DNA of 64,000 nt from a virus, in IMG/VR virus record IMGVR_UViG_3300045988_125802; one strand, 5' to 3'. A program made the position numbers and the translations under genes. The notes under the pieces were generated by a model that had not been told where the DNA came from, searched no databases, and was given only the letters and a program-made list of their open reading frames with translations. Of the stretch, positions 17,037 through 25,805 are shown piece by piece; positions within the stretch are counted from its first letter, which is position 1, and each line of letters begins with the position of its first letter.

Positions 17037-18077
17037 ATGGCAATCAGCAAAGGTAAATCTTCTGTGAGCCTTGATGATATTCTAAGTAAAGTGACAGAAG
17101 CAGACATTTTGTCATATTACTTAGGAGTCACAGAGGTTCCTTGTATTATAAATAGTCCTCTTAGACAGGACAGGAGACCTTCTTTTGGTCTTTATTCTAC
17201 TGATGGTAGAAGAATATTTTACACAGATTTATCCACGAGGGATAGAGGAGGTCTGTTTGACCTGCTTGGTCATATGTGGAACTGTGGTTATAAGGAAGTT
17301 CTAACAAGGGTTAATGAGGACATTTCAAAGTTCTGTGGTGGTGCCAATATTCATTCATATACTCCTTGTGCTGTAAGAAGTACAAATAGTTACAACAAAG
17401 ATACAGACTTGCAGTGCAAAGTCAGAGATTGGAGGAGTTATGATATTGAATACTGGGCATCCTATGGTATAACTTTAGAATGGCTCAAGTATGCAGAGGT
17501 TTATCCCATATCTCATAAGATTGTCATAAAGGATGGTCATAGATATGTGTTTGGAGCTGATAAGTATGCCTATGCTTATGTAGAACACAAGGAAGGTAAA
17601 GTTACTCTAAAGATATACCAGCCTTTTAATAAAGCTGGTTATAAGTGGAGTAACAAGCATGACAATTCTGTAGTAAGCCTATGGACTAAAGTACCTGAAT
17701 ATGGGGAACAGATTTGCATCTGTTCTTCACTGAAAGATGCTTTATGTCTATGGGCTAATACAGGTATTCCATCTCTTGCCATTCAAGGCGAGGGATATAG
17801 GATGAGTGATACTGCAATTAGTGAACTGAAAAGAAGATACAAACAAGTCTTCATTTGCTTGGATAATGATGAGCCAGGATTGAAAGATGCTCAGAAGTTA
17901 GCTGAGGAAACAGGATTTACTAATGTAGTATTACCACCCTTTAATGAAGGGAAAGATATTTCAGACTTGTATAAGGCTAAGGGCAAAGATGAGTTCCTTA
18001 GAATAATCAAGCCTTTATTCAACTCTTCAAGACAAGAGGACAATGATTGGAATGATTTGCCCTTTTGTATAGATTAA
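17037..18077 (+). CDS. DnaG-like Toprim DNA primase
   Basis: Toprim region ICSSLKDALC ... FICLDNDEPGLKDAQKLAE. The N-terminal segment aligns to the DnaG zinc-binding motif but lacks the Cys/His ligands. Confidence 0.7.
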   Translation: MAISKGKSSVSLDDILSKVTEADILSYYLGVTEVPCIINSPLRQDRRPSFGLYSTDGRRIFYTDLSTRDRGGLFDLLGHMWNCGYKEVLTRVNEDISKFCGGANIHSYTPCAVRSTNSYNKDTDLQCKVRDWRSYDIEYWASYGITLEWLKYAEVYPISHKIVIKDGHRYVFGADKYAYAYVEHKEGKVTLKIYQPFNKAGYKWSNKHDNSVVSLWTKVPEYGEQICICSSLKDALCLWANTGIPSLAIQGEGYRMSDTAISELKRRYKQVFICLDNDEPGLKDAQKLAEETGFTNVVLPPFNEGKDISDLYKAKGKDEFLRIIKPLFNSSRQEDNDWNDLPFCID

Positions 18078-18118
18078 AGTTTCAATAAGTCCAATTTATA
18101 AAAAAAAAAAGTGAAAAC

Positions 18119-18826
18119 ATGGAAGCAAGAAAAATTACAGTCGTACAGACTAAGAATCAGAAAAAGAGTGTTATCATGTCAGCAGCCACGACCCTTGCTG
18201 AGTTGAAAAGTGACCTGAGAGCCAATGGTATTGACTATAATGGTATGACCTTCTTTGAGGGTACATCAAAGGTTGAATTGAAGAATGATGCTTCAGTTCT
18301 GCCACATGATGTTCCTTACAAGGGCACTATCACAAATGAGTTGGTTTTCATGCTTACTAATACCAACAAGAAAATCAGAAGTGGTGCTGTTGCAATGAGT
18401 AGAGCTGAGGCATACAATGCTATCAAATCTATGGGTTTGCAGGATGCTTGTGTAAAGAAGTTTGGCAAAAACTTCACTATGTGTAAGACTGCTGACCTTA
18501 TTGCATTGGTACAGAGTAATGGTGCTTCAAAGCCTGCTCCTGCTGCTCCTAAAGCTGAAGCTAAGGCTGAGACTAAGAAGGAGGGAAAGGTAGAAGCACC
18601 TGTAAGTAATGGTGGTGAGTGTGTTGATACTGTAGCAAGAGCTGCTATCAGCAAGTTGGTGGAAATTCTTGAGGACAATGGCACAATTGAAGATTATGAG
18701 AAAGAGAAAGTGCTTGATATTCTTGGGGGTGCAGTAGAAGTTGCACCATCTGAGGAATATAAGCCTAAGTCAGCTTCTCCTTACTCTGATGATGAGATTG
18801 ATGATATGTTTAATTTTGTAAACTAA
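18119..18826 (+). CDS. hypothetical protein with Ala/Pro/Lys-rich linker and acidic tail
   Basis: ATG ORF after an 11-nt A run. Confidence 0.55.
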   Translation: MEARKITVVQTKNQKKSVIMSAATTLAELKSDLRANGIDYNGMTFFEGTSKVELKNDASVLPHDVPYKGTITNELVFMLTNTNKKIRSGAVAMSRAEAYNAIKSMGLQDACVKKFGKNFTMCKTADLIALVQSNGASKPAPAAPKAEAKAETKKEGKVEAPVSNGGECVDTVARAAISKLVEILEDNGTIEDYEKEKVLDILGGAVEVAPSEEYKPKSASPYSDDEIDDMFNFVN

Positions 18827-18831
18827 ATTAT

Positions 18832-19371
18832 ATGGTTGAAATATGGAGACCTATACAAGGATATGAAGGGTTATATGAAGTTTCTAATTTAGGGAATGTG
18901 AAATCTCTAAGTAGGAATGCTTTACTAAGCAAGCACAAGAATAACAGAGGATATTTATCTGTAAGCTTATACAAGGAAAATGTAGGAAAACATTATCTTG
19001 TACATAGACTTGTAGCACAGGCTTTTATTAATAATCCTTTCAACTTACCTTATGTAAATCATAAAGATGAGAACCCTATTAATAATGTTGTAAGCAATCT
19101 TGAGTGGTGTAGTCAAAGTTACAATGTAAATTATGGGAGTGCTCAAGAAAGACTCTCTTCAAAGAAAATTAGTAAAAAGAGAGGACTAAAAATAGCACAA
19201 TATAGGGCAAGTATTCTTGTAAAGACTTATAACTCAGCTTCTCAAATACAAAGAGAGTTAGGATATAATACTGCTCCAATACTTAATTGTTGTAGAGGAG
19301 GATATTATAGAGGAGGTAAGTGGGTCTCAGTATCTCAATCTTATGGCTTTGTTTGGAAATTTGCAGAATAA
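18832..19371 (+). CDS. free-standing NUMOD4-HNH homing endonuclease
   Basis: WRPIQGYEGLYEVSNLGNVKS (NUMOD4-like) and VNHKDENPINNVVSNLEW (HNH). Confidence 0.8.
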   Translation: MVEIWRPIQGYEGLYEVSNLGNVKSLSRNALLSKHKNNRGYLSVSLYKENVGKHYLVHRLVAQAFINNPFNLPYVNHKDENPINNVVSNLEWCSQSYNVNYGSAQERLSSKKISKKRGLKIAQYRASILVKTYNSASQIQRELGYNTAPILNCCRGGYYRGGKWVSVSQSYGFVWKFAE

Positions 19372-19375
19372 TATA

Positions 19376-19421
19376 GTAGGTGAGGAGATTAGAAATGCCC
19401 CCTTACCTACTTTTTTTTTTA
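19376..19421 (+). terminator. rho-independent terminator
   Basis: GTAGGTGAGG ... CCTTACCTAC 10-bp stem (one G-U pair) followed by 11 T. Confidence 0.65.
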
Positions 19422-19428
19422 CAGTAAT

Positions 19429-20733
19429 ATGAGTGGAGAAACAATTAAATTAATTGAGGAGAAGATAGAAGAACTATATAACTCCTTGATGGACAGACCA
19501 CTCCGAGTATTAAGCATATTCAATGACTTTTTTGGAGAGGATAAAGTTGATATGCAAGGATATTGGAGTTTGGACAAGTTCAAATCTTGGATGAATATAG
19601 AGCCTTTATCTACTTATATTCCTGATGGTAATATTGTAAGCATGAACAGGAATGACTGGAGCATGTATAAAACATGGGCTATTACTGATTTACCTGGAGA
19701 CCAGGTAGAAAAGGTTGTAAATGTGCTTACAAGTACTACAGTAAAGGAAAGAATTGGTAATGCTAAGTTCAATGGCATATTCATTCTTGTACATTTTCCT
19801 CATATAAGAGTAACTAATGAGCATGACAGATTTGTGGATATTAACCATCTGTGGGCTAAGGTAAAAGTAATGTATAATGGCACATTGAATGGTGGATTTA
19901 CACTTAACAGGTCAGAATATACTATGCTTCACATTAGCAGTGGATATATGCACAGTCATATCGATAGTATTCCTACAAGTGACTTTACCAGTTTTCAGAA
20001 TCCTTGCACAGGCAATGGTCCCATCAATGGTACTATTAGTGCCCTCAATAGGGATTATGATGAGGATATATGGAATATGTTTTGTCTTGAGCTAAGTAAG
20101 TATGTAACTGTAGAATCCATTGCTGGCAGACCTTATAAATATCTGGAAAAGTTAGGTACTAATAACATGGAGATGGGTGTAGATAGGTTTGTTACATATC
20201 TATCACCAGGCTACTACTATGGGGGTGCTCTTAGTTCTGATAAGTTGAAGGAGTTTGTAAGAGGCTTTATCAATTCAAAGAAACTTAAATTCAATTATGT
20301 AAATGGCTCTTATTCTATTGGTATGTCACTTATTGAGTTTATTGTACTTATTAGCAATGAATTTATTAAGTGGTATAATGACCAGTTTAATAAAGAGGAA
20401 CTAACTGCCAAGTTTGCAGAATTGAAGAGGAAAGGTACCTTGAAAGAATGTATCATAGATAATGGGAAGATTTACTATGATAAAGGTAGGAACAATGTAA
20501 ATACCTATGCCCAATATATAGGCAAGAAGGTTTGCATGTTCAAGGGAAGAGAGGTTACTGTTGATATTACAGATATTGCTGAGGTAAGGAATGAGAATAA
20601 GAGTATAATTCTTAATATTCGTACCGCACTATACATATTAGCAACAATACTTAAAGTGTTAAATTATAGATATGGAAGAAGTAAAGCAACCCACGAAAGT
20701 AATCAGCTTGGTACAGAAGTCAGGTACTTATAA
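19429..20733 (+). CDS. hypothetical protein (434 aa), first gene of the JAB/E1 cassette
   Basis: Long ATG ORF. Its last 62 nt overlap the JAB gene. It contains YMHSH...NPCTGNGP, which is not assignable by eye. Confidence 0.6.
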   Translation: MSGETIKLIEEKIEELYNSLMDRPLRVLSIFNDFFGEDKVDMQGYWSLDKFKSWMNIEPLSTYIPDGNIVSMNRNDWSMYKTWAITDLPGDQVEKVVNVLTSTTVKERIGNAKFNGIFILVHFPHIRVTNEHDRFVDINHLWAKVKVMYNGTLNGGFTLNRSEYTMLHISSGYMHSHIDSIPTSDFTSFQNPCTGNGPINGTISALNRDYDEDIWNMFCLELSKYVTVESIAGRPYKYLEKLGTNNMEMGVDRFVTYLSPGYYYGGALSSDKLKEFVRGFINSKKLKFNYVNGSYSIGMSLIEFIVLISNEFIKWYNDQFNKEELTAKFAELKRKGTLKECIIDNGKIYYDKGRNNVNTYAQYIGKKVCMFKGREVTVDITDIAEVRNENKSIILNIRTALYILATILKVLNYRYGRSKATHESNQLGTEVRYL

Positions 20734-21889
20734 TTATAAGCTGATTATCCCAGCAGAAGTGGAGAGAAAGATAAGATTTGCCTGCCAAAAGGTGTGGAGT
20801 ACTGAATGGTCAGGTACACTATTCTTTACACATGAAGGTTCATTTGAAAATAATGACCTTGTAATAAGATGTGTGGATATTTACATTATGGATATTGGTA
20901 CTCAAGCCTATACAGAGTTTGATATGAATCCTGATGTGATAGCCTATATGTGTGAGAATCCTGAGCTACTTGATTGCCAAATAGGTCTTATACATTCCCA
21001 TAACAATATGAGTACTTTCTTTAGTGGAACAGATACTGCTACTCTAAAGGAGGAAGGTAGGGATAGAAATAACTTTGTATCTCTCATTGTGAATAATGCA
21101 GGTACTTATACTGCTGCAATTACAAGGAGAGTTAAGTCAAAGCAGGTCAAAGAGTCTGTGTCTTATGAGTTCTTTGGTGATGGTGAAAAGCATGATACTA
21201 AGGAATATGTAAGTAGTGCAGATGAAATTGAATGGTTCTATCTTAAAATAGAGAATGAAAATGAAACATTTTCATTCCCAGACATGGCAGCAAGACTTGA
21301 GGAAATCGAGCAAGCCAAAGCAGAAAGGGCAGAGAAAGCTAAGAAAGCTCGAACACCTGTATATCAAGGTGGCTATAAACCTGTTATTGCTAATTCCTAT
21401 GGTACAAAGGCAGGTCCAGCAAATCTTGTCAAGAAGGAAGCTGATAAGCCTAAGGTAGCTCAGCCAACTCTCTTTGATAATGCAGATGACTTGCCATTTG
21501 AAGAGGGGTATGACATACCTTATGGTCATGTATCATTTGATAAGGTTACTTTGAAATCTCTTGTACTTCAATTGATTACAGGTAGTATTATCATTTCTAA
21601 TGATAGTAAGATTGACATTACTAAATGGGCTAAGTCAATGCCTACACTGTATGAAAAGAGGTTTGGTAAAGGCAAAGCTGGTATGGATAATTTCAAGATA
21701 TGGGCAGAGACCTATGCAGAGTATCTGACATGGTATATAACAGATGAGAAATTAGAAGAGCTTGGCTTTGATGAAACAGAAATTTGTGCTATTTGTGCCC
21801 ATGATATGATAGAGGAGCTTACAAAACTCCCTGAAAATGATTATATCAAAGGGTATATTGATGCACTTCAAAAGTATTTAGTATTATGA
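20672..21889 (+). CDS. JAB/MPN+ (JAMM) metalloprotease domain protein
   Basis: Upstream Glu (TEWSG) plus H-S-H-x7-S-G-T-D (IHSHNNMSTFFSGTD, 20993-21034) gives a complete JAMM motif. About 240 aa at the C-terminus are of unknown function. Confidence 0.75.
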   Translation: MEEVKQPTKVISLVQKSGTYNYKLIIPAEVERKIRFACQKVWSTEWSGTLFFTHEGSFENNDLVIRCVDIYIMDIGTQAYTEFDMNPDVIAYMCENPELLDCQIGLIHSHNNMSTFFSGTDTATLKEEGRDRNNFVSLIVNNAGTYTAAITRRVKSKQVKESVSYEFFGDGEKHDTKEYVSSADEIEWFYLKIENENETFSFPDMAARLEEIEQAKAERAEKAKKARTPVYQGGYKPVIANSYGTKAGPANLVKKEADKPKVAQPTLFDNADDLPFEEGYDIPYGHVSFDKVTLKSLVLQLITGSIIISNDSKIDITKWAKSMPTLYEKRFGKGKAGMDNFKIWAETYAEYLTWYITDEKLEELGFDETEICAICAHDMIEELTKLPENDYIKGYIDALQKYLVL

Positions 21890-23004
21890 GTGAAGAAGCA
21901 ATTGAGGCATATAACTCTCTTATGGAGAGCCTCAATGAAGGTGATGTTCGTGAATATAATGAGGTGGGACATGCTGACCTTAGTACCTTCAACAGTGTCC
22001 TTAATAGTATTAGAATGGGTCTCATTACCTCTCTTTATGTTGTTGGTTTGGATGGTGTACCTAATACCTATAAAATTGTATATAGTAGCACTGAAGGTGT
22101 AACAGGTAGAATCTTTGTCAATGAACACTTCAAAAGTTTAATTGAAGAGGCTTGGGCTATAAGGATAGGTAACTCTGTAGAAGATGATGGTGACAGCATT
22201 AGCTTTGAACTTTCAGAGGAAGAACAGGCTATTCTTGACCAAGCTGTAGAAGATGCACACCAAGAGATACCTACAAACTCTGCAACTTTGCTTGTGGATG
22301 AAGCTACAAGTAGGTTTAGTTCTGCCATTTGGTATGAGAACATTCAGAAGAAGACTGTCATTTTGGCAGGTGTAGGTGGCATTGGTAGTTATGTAGGCTT
22401 CTTATTGGCAAGAATGAAGCCAGCTTCCATGTTTATCTATGATGATGACATAGTGGAAACTGTCAATATGTCAGGTCAGTTATATGGTCAATCTGATTTA
22501 GGTAGACCTAAAGTATCTGCACTGGCTGAGATGATTAGAAACTATGCTGGCTATAGCAGTGTCTTTGCAATAAGGGAAAGATTCACTGATGAATCTGAGG
22601 CATCAGACATTATGATTTGTGGCTTTGATAACATGGCAGCAAGAAGACTCTTCTTTAATAAATGGGTAAATCATGTTCAATCCAAACCAGAGGAGGAAAG
22701 GAAGAATTGCCTGTTCATTGATGGTAGGTTGGCAGCAGAGGAGTTTCAGGTATTGTGTATCAAGGGAGATGATGAGTACAACATCAATAGGTACAATAAT
22801 GAGTTCCTATTCTCTGATGCAGAAGCTGATGAAACTATCTGCTCCTATAAACAAACTACCTTCTGTGCAAATATGATTGCATCTTATATGGTTAATTTGT
22901 TTGTAAACTTCTGTGCTAATCAATGTGAGCCTCTCATTGATAGAGACCTGCCATTCCTTACCACATATAATGCAGAAACAATGTATCTTAAAACTGAAGT
23001 ATAA
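21886..23004 (+). CDS. E1-like ThiF/MoeB-family adenylyltransferase domain protein
   Basis: ILAGVGGIGSYVG (22369-22389), DDDIVETVNMSGQ, GRPKVSA and FDNMAARR match the ThiF/E1 Rossmann core. About 150 aa at the N-terminus are unknown. ATGA overlap with the JAB gene. Confidence 0.75.
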   Translation: MSEEAIEAYNSLMESLNEGDVREYNEVGHADLSTFNSVLNSIRMGLITSLYVVGLDGVPNTYKIVYSSTEGVTGRIFVNEHFKSLIEEAWAIRIGNSVEDDGDSISFELSEEEQAILDQAVEDAHQEIPTNSATLLVDEATSRFSSAIWYENIQKKTVILAGVGGIGSYVGFLLARMKPASMFIYDDDIVETVNMSGQLYGQSDLGRPKVSALAEMIRNYAGYSSVFAIRERFTDESEASDIMICGFDNMAARRLFFNKWVNHVQSKPEEERKNCLFIDGRLAAEEFQVLCIKGDDEYNINRYNNEFLFSDAEADETICSYKQTTFCANMIASYMVNLFVNFCANQCEPLIDRDLPFLTTYNAETMYLKTEV

Positions 23005-23774
23005 TGGAATTTAACCCAAGATTTGCATATAATGTAATGGGTGTTTTCAATAGCAGTGAGTCTGGTAATCCAGACCAGCTTGAAATGAATCTGTCTCTTG
23101 ATAGTAACAATGTATTTAGAAGAAGCCTTGTCATTGAAGTAAACAATGATGAGGTAGAGATACCTGTGATTGCAAGAGAACACTTTGAGAAGCTGGTTTC
23201 AGACAATATGGCTTATCCCGCAATTATGGGAATCAAGAGGATAATATTGCCATTATATGACAATGCACCAAGCCAAGAAAGAAGAACCTTTGATAGTATC
23301 ATAGCTCAATTATTTACTAATGTAGGATATGGTAAAGGATTGCAGAAGATAACTACCAATAAGGGTGAAGTGTATTATGGTGGTAAAGGTATCATCTTTG
23401 ATGAGAGCTACACTCCATTACTATTATGTACATTAACTGCAAGAAGTGTACATACTGAGGATAATGGTAATGCTATGGTCTATTACAGACCTGTATGCCA
23501 TGTCAGTCCCAAAGTATTCTTAGAGTCTGATAAGTTGATTAATAAAGGCATCATCAAGAAATTGATTCCCTATTATACAAGTAGGGATATAAATTTCCCA
23601 AGAAACAATTACAGCTTCAGCAGTAATCCAGAGGACAGGAAAGTAAAGGTCATAGTAGATAATTTCAATAAGTTCTTTGTAGAACCTATTAAACCTACTC
23701 CATCTGCCTGCTCTAATGATGCACTGAATGAATGCCTTATTGACAATATTGATGACATAATGATGTTGATATGA
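23004..23774 (+). CDS. hypothetical protein (256 aa), last gene of the JAB/E1 cassette
   Basis: TAATG overlap with the E1-like gene and ATGA overlap with the UDG gene. Confidence 0.55.
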   Translation: MEFNPRFAYNVMGVFNSSESGNPDQLEMNLSLDSNNVFRRSLVIEVNNDEVEIPVIAREHFEKLVSDNMAYPAIMGIKRIILPLYDNAPSQERRTFDSIIAQLFTNVGYGKGLQKITTNKGEVYYGGKGIIFDESYTPLLLCTLTARSVHTEDNGNAMVYYRPVCHVSPKVFLESDKLINKGIIKKLIPYYTSRDINFPRNNYSFSSNPEDRKVKVIVDNFNKFFVEPIKPTPSACSNDALNECLIDNIDDIMMLI

Positions 23775-24448
23775 CATTAGATGAATACTTTGGAGATTGG
23801 ATGAAGGTAATTGATAGGACAGAGCTTAATAATGTAATGGCTAAGGTTGGGCAAGAATACAGGAGGAAACCATTGTGTCCTGCCCAATCTGATGTATTCA
23901 GAGCATTTGAGCTTTGCCCTCTCAATGACTTGAAAGTAGTTATGTTAGGTCAAGACCCCTATCCACAAAAGGAAGTGGCAACTGGAGTATTATTCGGGAA
24001 TAGAAAGGAAGTTGATGAGGATAACTTATCTCCTTCATTAAATGTTGTTAAAGAGGCAGCAATTAATTTTGAAGTTCCACATTATTGTATTACCTTTGAC
24101 AACTCTCTTGAGAGTTGGTCTAAACAAGGAATACTAATGATAAATTCTGCACTCACTGTAGAAATGAATAGGATAGGTTCCCATGTGATGTTGTGGAGAC
24201 CCTTCATAGCTAAATTGCTAAAGAACTTGTCTGAATATAATACAGCTATAGTATATGTATTGTTTGGCAGGCAAGCCCAAACCTTCAAACCTTATATTAA
24301 TGATAGGTTCAATCATATCATAGAGATTGAACATCCTGCATACTTTGCAAGGAGTGGTACTAAGATGCCACATCAGCTATTTGTTGATATAAGTAATAAG
24401 GTAAAAGAGATTTATGGTGTACCTATAAAATGGTACGAAGAGTATTAA
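23771..24448 (+). CDS. ung: uracil-DNA glycosylase (family 1-like)
   Basis: VVMLGQDPYP catalytic motif, GVLFGN, and C-terminal EHPAYFA in place of HPSPLS. Confidence 0.75.
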   Translation: MTLDEYFGDWMKVIDRTELNNVMAKVGQEYRRKPLCPAQSDVFRAFELCPLNDLKVVMLGQDPYPQKEVATGVLFGNRKEVDEDNLSPSLNVVKEAAINFEVPHYCITFDNSLESWSKQGILMINSALTVEMNRIGSHVMLWRPFIAKLLKNLSEYNTAIVYVLFGRQAQTFKPYINDRFNHIIEIEHPAYFARSGTKMPHQLFVDISNKVKEIYGVPIKWYEEY

Positions 24449-24465
24449 TACTAAACAAAAAAAAA

Positions 24466-25020
24466 ATGGAAAAGATTTATTTGACAAATGGTAAGGAAGT
24501 ACAGATTGGAGACACTTTGACTAAAGTATCTAAGGTAGTAGACCCTTTCTTTGGTGAGGGTACTGTAGTTCAGCACATTGTGGTAACTAAGGACATTCTT
24601 CCTAAGCTCCTTGAGGCTGGCATTGTTACTACTACCAAGCCTGCAAAGTCTGCTGTGGTTGAATCTGAGGTTCCTATGGAGCTGGAGTACTACATTCAGA
24701 AGATTGCAGAGAAACTTGGTTGGAAGATTGAGAAGGTCTATAACTATCTCAATAGTGTAGATACTATTCTTCCTGCTGCTGCATTCTCTATGGTACTTAG
24801 AGAAGTAGCCATTGAGTTGGACAAGAAGTATGAGGACCATATTGAGAAGAGTCCTGAGATTTATGTAATCTCTATGCTTGATGGTAGAATCACTAAGGCT
24901 AACAAAGCCCACATCAAGAACTATAGGAACTTCGCAGCATTTAGATCTATAAATGATGCTAAAATTGCTTGCAGAATCACTAAAGACCTACTTAAAAGAT
25001 TATTCAAGAGTGACAAATAA
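24466..25020 (+). CDS. hypothetical protein
   Basis: The ORF track starts at 24430. The ATG at 24466 is the end of a 10-nt A run. Confidence 0.5.
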   Translation: MEKIYLTNGKEVQIGDTLTKVSKVVDPFFGEGTVVQHIVVTKDILPKLLEAGIVTTTKPAKSAVVESEVPMELEYYIQKIAEKLGWKIEKVYNYLNSVDTILPAAAFSMVLREVAIELDKKYEDHIEKSPEIYVISMLDGRITKANKAHIKNYRNFAAFRSINDAKIACRITKDLLKRLFKSDK

Positions 25021-25498
25021 GAAAATTAGGAATGCCACTATATGTACTGCCAAGAATGTAACTTTTAAAAGTGTATTAGAGAAGTCATGCTTTACTTATC
25101 TTGAAGAGCAAGGATTTATGCCTGAATATGAACCAAGAAAGTTTACTATCTTTCCTTCCTTTATTCCCATAACTCCCTTTTATGATAAAGAGACTGATGT
25201 ACAACAGAAGAAAAGAGTTGAATCTCTAGGCGGGCAAAGAGGCAAAGAGCTTAGGTTATGTGATAAGTCAGTTCCACCAATTACATATACCCCAGATATA
25301 TATATAAGGTATAATAATTTGGATATTTGGATAGAGTGTAAAGGATTCGCTAATGATGTGTTTCCTTATAAGAAAAAGATGTTTAGGAAGTTGCTTGATG
25401 ACATATATATAAAAACAGGACAAAAAAGTATGTATTTTGAAATATATTCCAAGAAGCAGCTTTTACAGGCTATAGAAATTATCAAAGGTCATGGATAG
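24953..25498 (+). CDS. T7 endonuclease I-like PD-(D/E)XK nuclease (Holliday junction resolvase candidate)
   Basis: YTPDIYI ... IWIECKG reproduces the PD...E-x-K arrangement of T7 gp3. It overlaps the upstream gene by 68 nt. Confidence 0.55.
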   Translation: MMLKLLAESLKTYLKDYSRVTNKKIRNATICTAKNVTFKSVLEKSCFTYLEEQGFMPEYEPRKFTIFPSFIPITPFYDKETDVQQKKRVESLGGQRGKELRLCDKSVPPITYTPDIYIRYNNLDIWIECKGFANDVFPYKKKMFRKLLDDIYIKTGQKSMYFEIYSKKQLLQAIEIIKGHG

Positions 25499-25805
25499 TA
25501 AAGAACCAGTAAGCAGAATAAGAGCCTTAATTCCTTCATTACCTGAAGGAGATATAGAGCTTGCATATAAATTCTTGAATGATAGAGATTTTGGCTCTCT
25601 CCAACTCTTGATTAATTCATCTCTTGTTAGAGTAAAAAAGGGCCTCAATAGAGAGAATCCTAGAGAGGAATATCTAAAAGCAGACCTTGGAGGGATGGAA
25701 AAACTTAAGTTGGAGATAGATCTCTATTGTGAGGTATTTGAATTACCAGAACAAGATGGATGTGATGGTTTTAGTAGTGAAGAATATAATCAAGATTATT
25801 ATTGA
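25491..25805 (+). CDS. hypothetical acidic protein (104 aa)
   Basis: ATG ORF overlapping both neighbours. Confidence 0.5.
   Translation: MDSKEPVSRIRALIPSLPEGDIELAYKFLNDRDFGSLQLLINSSLVRVKKGLNRENPREEYLKADLGGMEKLKLEIDLYCEVFELPEQDGCDGFSSEEYNQDYY

Noticed and set aside
16004-17107. Chain of four minus-strand ORFs opposite 16068-17012
   Set aside because: They are antisense shadows of a single long plus-strand gene in a purely plus-strand operon, with low-complexity translations.
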